Shown here piece after piece: positions 12,314-25,472 of a DNA stretch of 64,000 nucleotides. Below the pieces are notes generated by a model. That model had not been told where the DNA came from and did no database searches. It worked only from the letters and a program-made list of their open reading frames with translations. The position numbers and the translations under genes are program-made. The stretch is from Octopus vulgaris (Eukaryota): assembly GCA_951406725.2 (NCBI GenBank), contig OX597834.1:30814001-30878000 (forward strand), read 5' to 3'. Position 1 is the stretch's first letter; every line of letters begins with the position of its first letter.

Positions 12314-12622
12314 TGTATATATATAAATCTGAGAATGTATGTCTGTCTGTCTGTCTGTCTGTCTGTGTGAATCCCTAAAACTTGAGAACTACACAACAAA
12401 TTTCATTTAAATTTTACACATGCCTTACTTGGGGCTCCATGTAGTATCATGGGCAAAAAAAATGTTCAACTTCTTGCCTAGGGCGAGCCCACAGCAATAT
12501 CATATCTTCTCCACTATTTCAGTATTACGTGTTAAAAGTGAAACAAAAACATCTCTCTATTGTAATGTCAGATACTTTCACTTTAATACGGAAAATATAA
12601 CAACACCGGGTCCAACAGCTAG
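12314..12622 (+). mobile_element. Non-autonomous Helitron-like element with internal (CTGT)n
   Basis: TATATATAAA-rich 5' end, (GTCT)n tract, 3' end ...CAACACCGGGTCCAACAGCTAG|T. The subterminal hairpin is partly decayed. Confidence 0.6.
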
Positions 12623-12659
12623 TATATATGTATATATACATACATATATTATATATGTA

Positions 12660-13018
12660 GGCGCAGGAGTTCCGGGTTCAGTCCCACTGCGTGGCACCTT
12701 GAGCAAGTGTCTTCTACTATAGCCTCGGGCCGACCAAAGCCTTGTGAGTGGATTTGGTAGATGGAAACTGAAAAGAAGCCCGTCGTATATATGTATATAT
12801 ATATATATATGCGTGTGTGTGTTTGTCCCTCTAGCATTGCTTGACAACCGATGCTGGTGTGTTTATGTCCCCGTTACTTAGTGGTTCGTCAAAAGAGACC
12901 GATAGAATAAGTACTGGGCTTACAAAAAGAATAAGTCCCAGGGTCGAGTTGCTCGATTAAAGGCAGTGCTCCAGCATGGCCGTAGTCAAATGACTGAAAC
13001 AAGTAAAAGAGTAAAGAG

Positions 13019-13020
<2 letters not shown>
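12660..13020 (+). mobile_element. SINE family B
   Basis: GGTTCAGTCCCACTGCGTGGCACC head, internal (TA)n, and tail ...CAGCATGGCCGTAGTCAAATGACTGAAACAAGTAAAAGAG. Confidence 0.8.
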
Positions 13021-13104
<84 letters not shown>

Positions 13105-13109
<5 letters not shown>

Positions 13110-13310
13110 GGTCATTGCCAGTGTTGCTGGACTGGCCCTTGTGCCAGTGGCACGTAAAAGCACCATTGGTGTTAGGAAGGGCATCTGGCTGTAGAAACTT
13201 TGCCAGATCAGACTGGAGCCTGGTGCAGCCTTCTGGCTTGCCAGTCCTCAGTCAAACCGTCCAACCCATGCCAGCATGGAAAGCAGACTTACGACAATGA
13301 TGATGATGAT
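13105..13310 (+). mobile_element. Retroposon family C, 3' end
   Basis: TTAGGAAGGGCATC...CCGTCCAACCCATGCCAGCATGGAAAGC followed by (GAT)n. Confidence 0.75.
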
Positions 13311-13350
13311 GATATATGCTATTTTATTAAAGTCACAAAAAACTTCACAA

Positions 13351-13390
13351 ACCGTTACTCAGAGCATCACTTGACTACTCATCAGACAAT
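13351..13390 (-). ncRNA. Decayed type I hammerhead ribozyme motif
   Basis: ATTGT-CTGATGA-GTAGTCAAGT-GATG(for GAAA)-CTCTGAG-TA-ACGGT. The downstream tail resembles that of the 54430 element. Confidence 0.45.
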
Positions 13391-13924
13391 TGTGTCAACA
13401 GAGCCAAGTAAAGAGTATATATAGACATTTATGGGTACCAGTTCAACAAACAAGCATCTAAAGCTGATTGGAGAACTGCATTTGGAAAAGTATCAGAGTA
13501 CACCACGGTGCCATTGTGGATTGACCGTAATGGCAGATGTATAAGCAATGGTTGAATCGAAGAACTTTAGTGTGCAAACACACTAAATCTATCGTAAGAC
13601 TAACACAAGAGTGTAAGAATAGAAACTGTTTAAAGGAGATTGAATGTTTGCAGTTTGCAGTTTGTACTAATATTAAGATAGACATCTTATACTTTTATGA
13701 ATTACAACACATCGATATACACAAGGATATACATATATATATTGAATGCATGTATGTGTGTGTGTATGTGTATATAAGTATGTATGTGTGTATGTAATAT
13801 ATATATATATATGCACACACACACACACACACACACATATATGTATGTATATATATATATAAATATATGTGCATGTGTATATACATGTACATACATCATC
13901 ATCATCATACACATACACACATAC

Positions 13925-13996
<72 letters not shown>

Positions 13997-14118
13997 TATA
14001 TATATTTACGTGTGTATATATGTATATCCATACACACATAAACATATATATATATACATACATATATTGTGTGTGTGTGTGTGTGTGTGCATATATATAT
14101 ATATTACATACACACATA

Positions 14119-14196
<78 letters not shown>

Positions 14197-14475
14197 TAGA
14201 TAGGCAGACATTTTTCCATGCTTGCTTGGGTGGCCTCAGTTATGTTGAAGCAGCAGATTTTACGGCTGGATGCCCTTCCTATTGTTGATCACTCGACCGT
14301 GAAGGCAGATTGGAGACTGGTTTACTGTTCCAATAAACTTGAACAGGCAGTGTTAAGTGCTTCACCCTGGGGCACAACACAAAAGTTATGGCAAGAATAC
14401 ACACACACACATGTATATATATATATATATGTGTATATATATATATATATATAACACACAATATATATATATACA

Positions 14476-14511
<36 letters not shown>

Positions 14512-15258
14512 GGGTGGCGAATACTCATTATAAATATCACCACCAGTGGCCTAGCATGTATAAAAAGTTAATAGACAGCATATTCGTATTTCAAAATAGA
14601 AAATTACCCTTTAACAGGTAATTTTTACATGCTAGAAATAGCAGCCAACATGGCCAAAAACCACAATTTTATAGCAAATTTCGAAGTAAATGAAAAATCA
14701 AAACCTTTACCTTGTATGTATGTATGTATGTATGTACGTATACTTGTATACACACATAGATTGATGATAACATGTGTGCATGTATGTGTGTGATTGTGAG
14801 TCTATACACACACAGACACAGACACACAGACACAGACACGCACACACAGATATATTGGTTATGTGGTTAAGAAGTACACCTCTGATCACATGGTTGCAGT
14901 GGCTTCAGGTTCAATTCCACAGTACATTACTTTCAAGAACTGTCTTCCATTATAATCCTTGGCCAACCAAATCTTTGTGAGTGGATTTGGTAGACAGAAA
15001 CTGAAAGAAGCCACCATCATTCCTTATTGTACCTTATTTTTGTCTGGGGAGCAAGGGTTAGAAGATTTCACAGAAACTGGTGTGCCAAAGGATTGCTCCA
15101 AGCCAGACATGTAAGGGTTAGCAACAGGAAGTGCATCCAGCTGTATGTACAATACCTGAATAATATCTATTCACCTAACCCATGCCAGCATGAGAAAATG
15201 GACATAAAAGCAAATGAACAAATATCACTCTGCATGTGTTTCTGTGTGTGTGGGTGCA

Positions 15259-15290
<32 letters not shown>

Positions 15291-15637
15291 CGTGTCTGTG
15301 TGTGCGTGTTCAGACAATATCTCTGAATTTTCAGTTGTTTGTTTTACTTCTATTTTTCCCAGGCAGCATGGGTCTTGCTGAGTATATATTACTGAGGAAA
15401 GGTCTTATGTAGCAGAGTGCTCTTCCTGTTGCTAAACCTTATCTGTATTTTTCTCAAGAATGACATTTTGCATTCCACTTGTCTTTGAACAACACAAAAC
15501 TAAAGAGAATCTTTAGACAAGGAATCTTTGCAAAACGTTACAGATTGTAGTTCAGTGCTTTCGCATGTGGTACACTGTGTGTAAATGCTCATTCAAACAC
15601 TCACACAAACTCTCTCTCTCACACACACACACACACG

Positions 15638-15848
15638 CAAGAGGGTGCAGAAAGGTTCTTGACTTTGGGTAAAAGAAAATACAGGAGAATCAGTAAATTA
15701 TGATTTTATTCAACATATTCCTTTCTCAGGTTCACACACTTATTTCAGCGGTCCTTCAGTTTTTCTAAGCCCTGTAAAAGAACCGCCAGCCTCCAGCCAA
15801 GCTTTTGCAATACCTTTAAAGCCAGGAACCTTTCAGCACTCCCTCATA
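15638..15848. mobile_element. Mariner-derived MITE
   Basis: Imperfect TIRs GAGGGTGCAGAAAGGTTCTTGACTTT / AAAGCCAGGAACCTTTCAGCACTCCCTC, with TA at the right end. Confidence 0.7.
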
Positions 15849-16176
15849 TGTGTGTATAAATATATATATATATAATGTATATATATATATAAATGTGTGT
15901 ATGTATGTATGTATGTATGTATGTATATAAATATAGTTCACTTTGAAAATGTCGTAACTGATGGACCCTTGATGAAATTGCAGTGATGCATAATTGCTTA
16001 CGGAGCAATGTGCAGTTTCTGCATCAGAGGCACATGCTGGTCATTGTTATATATGCTGTAGAAAACTTTTTAATGAAAAAGTTTTGGACGTGAATTAATC
16101 TCCACTTCCCTCTTGGTGTTCAATTACGTGTGTGTGTATGTATATATATATATATATATATGTGTGTGTATGTATA

Positions 16177-16217
<41 letters not shown>

Positions 16218-16885
16218 GTTTATATATACACACATACACACACACACATATATATGTATACATATCTATCTGTCTGTCAGAAAAGCAATAAATGAAGACA
16301 GATGTATGAACAGCATATATATATGCATATGTACATACACATATTTATATACATAAAAATCTATATATATATATATATATATGCATGTGTATATATATCT
16401 ATAAATATATCTATAGGCATATTTATTTATTTATATAGACATACATGCATAATATATATATATGCTGCTGCTGCTGCTGATGATGATGATGACGACGATG
16501 GTGATGATAATGATGGTGGTGATGATGATGGTGATAATCTTGTATTGGTGCATTGAATAGAAAATTCTCAAAAAATAACATGTGGTATTTTGTTCTGCTC
16601 TGGTTGCGTTCCTTTATGCCTAATTGACTTTCTCTTTCTGTCAGTGGGAAGCTGATGAAGTGAGAAGTGGACAAAATATCAGGGATCGATAGAATTGACT
16701 AAAATCCCCTGAAGACAGTTGTTATGCATGGCCACACTCCAGTGAGCGGGGACCAGTATTGGTATAAAAGAATGCAAATTAACTCCACTTCACACAATCT
16801 GACCAACACTCCTAAAAACTAGCTGGAAAGCTGTGGTTTTTGGAGTATTCTGTCAGTTGTTTAGGAGCATTTCATTTGTCTAGAC

Positions 16886-17086
16886 CAGTGGTTTTCAACC
16901 AGGGTTCCGCCAGTACAGTCCAGGGGTTCCGCAAGAAGTTACAAAAATGCTAAAATCGGCAGTAATTTTTAATTCTCCTGTGCTGATTTGTGTGCATAAG
17001 ACTATTAAATTATTGCACAGGGGTTCCTCGAGCCAGTGGAATATTTCCTTGGGGTTCCGCTCCAGCAAAAAGTTTGAAAAGCACTG
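16886..17086. mobile_element. hAT (Charlie/MER5-like) MITE nested in a SINE
   Basis: TIRs CAGTGGTTTTCAA / TTGAAAAGCACTG. Perfect 8-bp TSD GTCTAGAC at 16878-16885 and 17087-17094. Confidence 0.9.
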
Positions 17087-17554
17087 GTCTAGACATTCCA
17101 AGTTCAAATGTTGCTGAGGTTGGCTTTGCATTTGGTCATCGTGGGGTAGATAAAACAAGGTACCAGCTGAAACTGGAGTTGATGTCATCGACTTAACTCG
17201 ACCCCTAAAACTGCTGGGCCTTGTACCATAATCTGAAACCCTGAAAGCGGCAAGCTGGAGGAACCATTTGCTCAAATGCCGCCGAGGTGAACTTGCTTTT
17301 CATCTTGTCAGAATTGATAACATGAGCACCAGTCAAGCACTGGGATCAATGAAATCGATTTGCCCCTCCCCTCGGGCAGTGAACTGGCAGAATCATTGGC
17401 ACAGGATGCTTAGAAGCATTCCATTTGCCTTCACATTCTCAGTTCAAATGGCATATATATATACATACATACATACCTACATACATACAAATATACATAC
17501 ACAGATATATATATACATACATACATACATACATATATATATACATACTCTCTC

Positions 17555-17962
17555 TCTTTACTCTTTCACTTGTTTCAGTCATTTGACTGCGGCCATGCTG
17601 GAGCACCGCCTTTAATCGAGCAACTCGACCCCAGGACTTATTCTTTGTAAGCCCAGTACTTATTCTGTCGGTCTCTTTTTGCCGAACCGCTAAGTTACGG
17701 GGACATAAACACACCAGCATCGGTTGTCAAACAATGCTAGGGGGACAAAGACAGACACACAAACATACACGCACCATATATATATATATATATACATATA
17801 TACAATGGGCTTCTTTCAGTTTCCGTCTGCCAAATCTACTCACACTGCTTTGGTTGGCCCAAGGCTATAGTAGAAGACACTTGCCCAAGGTGCCACGCAG
17901 TGGGACTGAACCCGGAACCATGTGGTTGGTTAGCAAGCTACTTACCACACAGCCACTCCTAT
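17555..17962 (-). mobile_element. SINE family B, near full length
   Basis: tRNA-like head (AGGAGTGGCTGTGTGGTAAG...GGTTCAGTCCC), internal microsatellite and conserved tail. Confidence 0.85.
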
Positions 17963-17971
17963 ACCTACATA

Positions 17972-18171
17972 TATCTATAAATATAATATGTGACAATTAG
18001 TTGGTTGTCAAATTAAAACTCAGAGTTTCGGATACTGGGGCTGAAGTCTGCTCCAGTATCTCTTTGTCCTAATAAGTGATGAGATACTGGAGCAGACTTC
18101 AGCCCCGGTATTCAAAACTCTGAGTTTTATTATGACAACCAACTAATTATCACATATTATATTTATAGATA
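17972..18171. repeat. Fold-back palindrome (about 90-bp arms, 18-bp spacer)
   Basis: 17972-18062 is the near reverse complement of 18081-18171. Confidence 0.9.
18070..18132 (+). ncRNA. Type I hammerhead motif with two core substitutions
   Basis: TAATAA-GTGATGA-GATACTGG...CCGGTATTC-AAAA-CTCTGAG-TT-TTATTA. The opposite arm retains CCAGTATCC-GAAA-CTCTGAG. Confidence 0.6.
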
Positions 18172-18254
18172 AATTCCTCTATTTTACATGATATCAAGGT
18201 CTCATTCATTCTTTTGTTGTCATAATATTATTATAATATATATACATACATATA

Positions 18255-18482
18255 TATTTCTTTATTGCCCACAAGGGGCTAAACATAGAGGGGACAAACT
18301 AGGACAGACAAAGGGATAAATCGATTATATCGACTCCAGTGCGTAACTGGTAATTAATTTATCGACCCTGAAAGGATGAAAGGCAAAGTCGACCTCGGCA
18401 GAATTTGAACTCACAACGTAACGACAGACGAAATACGGCTACGCATTTCGCCCAGCGTGCTAACGTTTCTGCCAGCTCGCTA
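18255..18482 (-). mobile_element. SINE family A, full length
   Basis: Reverse complement matches 31646-31877. Confidence 0.85.
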
Positions 18483-18719
18483 CCTTATTATATACATACA
18501 TATAAACACACATATATATCAGAGGAAGTGGCCACCATCAGAGAAATAATTGTTTTGAACATACGAACAAAGCCTGAAATCTGTGGAAGCAAACTGTGAG
18601 TTATAATAACCCCAGTATATGACTGGTACTCTATTTTATCAATAAAGAATCTAAATTAAATACCACAAGGTATTTTGGTAGTCGGCACTCAAACCATTCT
18701 GCCATTTCACTATTCCAAT

Positions 18720-20100
18720 CAAGATGATGAAAATGATGATGATGATCATCTTCATCATGGTAGTGGTGGTGGTGGTGATGGGGGTAGTGGTGGTGGTGGT
18801 GCTGCTGCTGCTGCTGCTGGTGGTTGTGATGATAATGATGATGATGATGATGATGATGGCGACGATGCTGATGACAATCATGATAATGTTGGTGGTGGTG
18901 GTGATGATGATGATGATGATGATAGCAGTGTCAGTAGTAGTGGTGGTAGTGCTGATGATGATGATGATGAAAATGATGATGATGATGAAAATGATGGTGA
19001 TGATGATGATGATGACAATGCCAACAACAACGGTGAAAATTATGACGACGACAGTGATGACGATAGGGGGGACGATGATGATGATGACGATGATGATGAT
19101 AACAATGATGATGATGATGATAGGGGGGACGATGATGATGATGATAGGGGGACGATGATGATGATGATGATGATGATGATAGGGGGGACGATGATGATGA
19201 TGACGACGATGATGATGATGATAGGGGGGACGATGATGATGACGATGATAATTTCTTTATTCAAATAACATTGATTTGATAATCAACAGGTTAAAAAAAA
19301 AATGGAGAATTTCTCCATTTGCCACTGAATTACAAAGTAGTGATTTACACAGCCAGGAGTTAGAATCTATTTGTGAACGCAATATAAATGATGAACTTGT
19401 GGAGAGGTGGAGGTAGTGGTGGGCGAGGTCGGCGTGGTTGGCATGGTGGTGGTGGTGGTCAGGGGCAACAGGATTCATTAAACTAGTTAGGAATTGGTAG
19501 TCTCTGTTTTTGAACTGGAATTGTTTCAACAGACATGCAGATATACATACATATACATACACACATGCATATACATACATACATACATACATATATGCAT
19601 ATACATACATATATGCATATACATACATACATATATGCATATACATACATATATGCATATACATACATACATGCATATATATAAACATACGTACATATAT
19701 ACACACACACACATACATACATGCATATAAATACATTCATACATTCACACACACATACATGCATATACATTCATACATACATATTTATACATACATACGT
19801 GCATACATACATATTTATACATACATACGTACATACATACATATATACATACATACATGCATATACATACATACGTGCATACATACATATTTATACATAC
19901 ATACGTACATACATACATATATACATACATACATGCATATACATACATACATGCATACATACATACATACATACACATACGTATGTACATACATATATAG
20001 ATACATACATACATACATGCATATACGTACATACAAACACACACGCATACATACATACATACATACATGCATGCACACACACACACACATACATGCATAC
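18720..20100. repeat. (GAT)n/(GGT)n and (CATA)n microsatellites, including a GATAGGGGGGAC-(GAT)n minisatellite
   Basis: Directly visible, with a unique spacer at about 19250-19530. Confidence 0.85.
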
Positions 20101-20335
20101 AAACCATTCCTACAGTCAACACTGGAACTGTAAGAATTCGTAAAAATTTTCAGAAGTTCAATATTTAAGAATATATGTGCATGTGTAGACATGCAATTAT
20201 ATGCATGAGAATACATGCATAAAACAAAGCATGCAAATGTGCACATGCACTGACTCCAAACACTGCACATATACACATACATACATGCATAAATACCCTG
20301 TTGATATTGTTGAAATTCCAGTGAAGAAGCCTTGG

Positions 20336-20370
<35 letters not shown>

Positions 20371-20570
20371 TTAACATCCCCTTTCCATGCTAGCATGGGT
20401 TGGACGATTTTCAATGAGAGCTGGCGAACCAGATGGCTGCACCAGGCTGCAATCTTTATTTGGCAGAGATTCTACAGCTGGATGCCCTTCCTAACACCAA
20501 CCACTCCGAGAGTGTAGTGGGTGCTTTTTACATGCCACCGGCACAAGAGCCAGTCAGGCGGTACTGGCAT
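20336..20570 (-). mobile_element. Retroposon family C, 3' end
   Basis: (CAT)n followed by TTTCCATGCTAGCATGGGTTGGACG...GATGCCCTTCCTAAC. Confidence 0.75.
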
Positions 20571-20807
20571 CTAGGTTAGAAAATGGTTCCTTGTCTATTG
20601 GAACGGAAACGTTGAAATAAAACTGAATAATAATAACACAGAGACAGACAGACAAGGGACAGACAAGAAAAAGTATGTCCCGTAGTAAAGGTCAGCTGTC
20701 CTGCTGATGTGAATGTCTCTTTGAAAATCAAGGAGACGGAAGCTAACAATGGCTGATTCAAAACCACCAGCTTCTTTATCCTGATTATAAATTCACATTT
20801 ATGCCAC

Positions 20808-20811
<4 letters not shown>

Positions 20812-20840
<29 letters not shown>

Positions 20841-21165
20841 AATTATTGTATACAGTGCTCAGGTGCACCATAACTTGTCAGAAAGTGCATACAAACTATA
20901 TGCAGTAATGTACAAATGTCTGGAAAGCGAACAATGTATGAGTCAGATACATGCTTGTGTGTGTATGGAGGGGAGAAAATCAGTTGTAGTGTTGGCGAAT
21001 CTCAGAAAGCATGGAAGTTTTGAAGGATGCAGTGCTCCGACAACTAACAACTGATGCTGGCAGTTTGTTCCATGCTTCAGCAACTCTCAGCGTGAAAAAA
21101 TGTTTCCTAAAGTCATGGGAGCTGTGCTGTTTTCTGACTTTGTAACTATGTCCACAGGTGTTAAT
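20812..21165 (-). mobile_element. CR1/L2-clade LINE 3' end
   Basis: GHSYKVRKQHSSHDFRKHFFTLRVAEAWNKLPASVV...FK is a typical CR1 ORF2 C-terminus. (TTA)n tail. Confidence 0.85.
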
Positions 21166-22089
21166 GATTGATATAAGCATGAATTTATAATCTGGATATA
21201 TTACATACATCATCATCATCATTGTCATAATCATCATCACCATCCTCATCATCATTGTCATTTAAATGTCCATGTTCTATGCTGGCATCAATTGGACAGT
21301 TTGGACAAAATTTGATAGATTCAAGAACTGCATCATTTTCCACTGTCCATTTCGACATGGTTTCCACAACTAGATGCCCTCCGTTACGCCAATTCTTTTG
21401 CAGTGTGTATTGGGTGCATTTTTTTTTGGGGGGGGGGGGGGCTACCAGCACTTGTAACATCCCTATGCAGCTGGCAAAACTATGAACCCCGAGGATTTAA
21501 CCCCAAGAATGTCAAGCGGACTCTATGCAAAGAAACAAGGGGTCACGGTATGGGAAGGGGCCAAAGCAGAAGAGGTTCCTTGCTGTAAAGGAGTGACGTA
21601 ACAACTTGCATTTTAGAAGAGAGGGTGGAAATAATTGGTGGAGGGGTGGGGGAGACATAAAGACGGGGGTGATGAAGAGTCTGGGTGGAAACTGAAGACA
21701 CAGAGGAGCCAGGATGTTGGGTGGATGGAGGAGGCTGCAAGAATGTGTATGCAGAGAGTAGGTTGGCAACAACTGGAAAAGATTGGGTAGGATTGACGGG
21801 TGGATGTGGTGAATGGTGAAGAGGATGGAGGTGACTAATGATGCATGAGTTGTGGGGTGGGGGGTAAGGGAGGGGAGGAGGTGATTGACAGTGCAGAAAG
21901 GAAATGAAGAAGAACAATGGTGACGTAGTAGACAGGAGATGAACAAGAGAGATGATAGGCTGTTGGGTAGATTGCAGGGGTAGAGAGAGAGAGAGGCAGA
22001 CAGACAGACAGACAGACATATTGCATGCATAATCGATGCATATGTATGATGTATGTATGTATGCAGGTGTGTGTGTGTGTGTGTGTGTA

Positions 22090-22455
22090 TTATCTTTCAA
22101 GTGTTTCAGTCATTGGGCTGCGGCCATGCTGGGGCACTACCTTTAGTCGAACAAATCAACCCCAGGACTTTTTCTTTGTAAGCCTAGTACTTATACTATC
22201 GGTATCTTTTATTGAACTTCTAAGTTACGGGGATGTAAACACACCAACATCAGTTGGCAAGCGATGGTGGGAGGACAAACACAGACACACAAATACATAC
22301 ATACATACATATATATATATATATACGATGGGCTTCTTTCAGTTTCTGTCTACCAAATCCATTCACAAGGCTTTGGTTGGCCAATGTCAGAGTAAAAGAC
22401 ACTTGCCCAAGGTGCCAGGCAGTGGGACTGAACCCAGAACCATTTGGCTGGGAAC
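22090..22455 (-). mobile_element. SINE family B
   Basis: Same body and tail as 17555-17962. Confidence 0.75.
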
Positions 22456-23269
22456 ACACATAACATACTTCATCACTGTTTCCATCAACTAAGTCCACTC
22501 TGAAGGCTTTGGTCAGCCAAGAACTATAAATAATGGAAGACACCTACCCAAAACTCCACACAGCAGGACTGAACTCAAGACCACGTGGTTGGGAAACATG
22601 CATCTTACCCACCCAGCCACACCCACACCATATTTGCACATCTATATGAATTTATGAAATTAAGTCTCCATTATATTCCTCAGTACAGATGCACCAATAA
22701 CAGGCTTTTTATGTACTTAGAATTTGGTACAAGACCTAACATGGACCGACACTCCTAACATACCACTTTCTTCATTGCCAGAATGGTTTCAGAGTTTTAG
22801 CATCAAGCAGTAAATTTATATATATTTTTTAAAGGTGATGTCCCACTGTGGCCACACTAAATTGGCAGGAACCATTAAAAGAAGTGAAGAATATAAATAT
22901 ACACATTAGTATATTGAATTCTGCTGTAATTCTAGACTGATAATAGCTTTCTGTTTTTTTCCGCAGACTTTCTGTTAACCGAACTGTGAGATGGTTTGGT
23001 AATTGAGGAAGAAATTTATGGTGGTAATGCTGGTATTGGCTGTAGTGGTTAGTGGTGATGGTAGTGTTGGTGTTGGAGATGGTGGTGTTGGAGATGGTGG
23101 TGGTATTGGAGATGGTGGTATTGGAGATGGTGGTATTGGAGGTGGTGGAGGTGGAGGTAAAGGTTGGTGGTTTTACTAAAAGCGATAGCTATATACATAT
23201 ATCAGAATATATACACATACACACACACACATGTATGTATCTCTGTCTGTATATATAGATATGACTGCA

Positions 23270-23312
<43 letters not shown>

Positions 23313-23539
23313 ATATATATGTATATATATATACACACACACATTTATATATTTACATATATACATATACATATATATATATATATATATACATACATAT
23401 TTTTCCATCCATCTTTATGTTCTGAGTTCAAATTTTGCAGGGATTGACTTTGCCCCTCCTCCCTTTGGGATTGATAAAATAAGGACCAGTTGAGCGCTCT
23501 GGGGGTGCTGTAATTGACTTTCCTCGCTGCCCCGCTCCT

Positions 23540-23945
23540 CCTATCAGAAGCTGTAAGACAGGTCTATTTAGCAAGGGAGGAGACAGAAAAGAAGGGGGTT
23601 TGCCAATGTTCTACAGTGTGAGGAATAAAAAGCATGAGGGGTTCCCGATTGCAAGGCAGTGCGTCAGAGAAACTTGAGGTGTTGTAGGAGACAAGAGTAT
23701 GGAAGGATAATGGTACACTTGCACTCAATGATTCTGAAGAGAAAGAGTTAACAATGAGTGCAGTGATGAAAATTTATTATGCAAGTAGGGATTCATCAGG
23801 GTCTGATCCTCAGTCCCTTCCTATTTATCATAATCCTCCAGGCCATAACAGAAGAATTCCAGACTGGTTGCTCATGGGAACTTCTCTATGCTGACGACCT
23901 TGTTCTAATAGCTGAAATGGTTGGCGAATTAGAAATGAAATTAGA
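23540..23945 (+). mobile_element. RTE-like LINE reverse transcriptase fragment
   Basis: QVGIHQGLILSPFLF...WELLYADDLVLIAE contains the RT QG and YADD motifs. Confidence 0.85.
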
Positions 23946-24539
23946 AAATTCATCATTTAAAGTCCTTTTTTCCATGATAGCCTGAGTTGGACAGATTGAC
24001 AAGGACAGACGAGCCAAGGAACTGCACCACATTCTGTGTCTGCTTTAGCATGGTTTTTGCAACTGGATGCCCTTCCTATGGCCAAGCACTTGGCAGAGTG
24101 TACTGGGTGCATTTTATGTAGCACCAGCATCAGTGAGATCACCCTGTACCCACAACACAAGAAGCCCCAAGTAAGAGGGATATAGACTGGAGAGATAAGA
24201 AACTATGAAGGAGGGACAAGGAGCAGGTGTCTTGCTGAAGTGGTGAATAGAGGGCTTGCCCACCTGGAAAGTGAGAGAAAGAAAGAGATGGGAGTTCTAG
24301 GTCTGATGTGAACATGAGAGAGAACAGGATAGAAGAGCAGAAGAAGTGGATGTGTAAGTAAATGCTATGAGTGAAAATAGTGAGAGATGATTAGAGATAG
24401 GAAAGGAGTTGGATGTAAAGGACATCAGTTGAGTGTAGGGGGAAGTGAAGGTAATAAGGTAACATAGAAGACTGATTGAAGAGTGGGTGTCAAAAGATGA
24501 GTTGTTGGGGAAGGGTTGACAGAACCTCAATTCTACTGA

Positions 24540-25418
24540 GATGGAGGGGTCTTCTCGAGCTCAGCAATCGCTATAACATCTCAGTCCCCCACCTTCTCCT
24601 CAGTCTTCACCACTTTGTCCATGTTTACCTAGGTCTTACTCTTCTACATGTTCCTTCCACATTTAGCGATCAACACTTCTTTATACAGCTGTCCTCATCC
24701 ACCCACATTACATAACCATATATGAGTGCTATCTTCTCTCCTACACATCACATCCGATGCTGCTTATGCCTGGTCTTGTACTTTGCTGCACATGCACACT
24801 GGCACTGCACATCCATTAGAGCATGCTAGTTTCGTTTCTTACCTGTCTTCGCATGTCCACAGCCCATGTTTCCCAACCACATAGCAATGCTGTTCATACA
24901 AAGACATTGTATTATCTGCCTTTCACTCTGAGATAGAGAAGCCTTTTGCTACCAACAGAGATAAAAGTTCTCTGAACATTTTCCAGCTAATACTTATTTA
25001 AGCAACTATACTTTCAGCGCAACCGCCTCCACTGCGAATTGGGTCACCTAAATAACAGAAACTGTCTAATACTTCGTGGGAGCCTGCTGGGCATTTCAGA
25101 ATATCTATTTCCCATCTTCTCTCATTGATTATTGATCCGGCACATCTGCCACAAACAAGTTCTGCTTTCTCTGTTAACCTTCCTGTGGTTCCGCTGCACC
25201 TCTTACATGTCCATAGTCTGCACTGATTATACCATTTAGGATTTCTGTCTGCACCTTTTGTACATGTAGAACAGGGCCATTTACATGAAGGGGAAAATGT
25301 CATGTCTGCTATCATGCAAATTAGAACTTTAAGTCTTTGCTAAGTAAACATTTTTATTTTCTGGGTTTTGCTTTCAGAACTGACATTTCATTTCTAATTC
25401 TACAACAATTTCAGCCAT
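24540..25418 (-). mobile_element. RTE-like LINE C-terminal fragment
   Basis: LAKTKVLI-like segment, Cys-rich KWPCSTC...CKRCSG...CGRC, and EVLDSFCYLGD. Frameshifted. Confidence 0.8.
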
Positions 25419-25428
25419 ATACACATAT

Positions 25429-25472
<44 letters not shown>

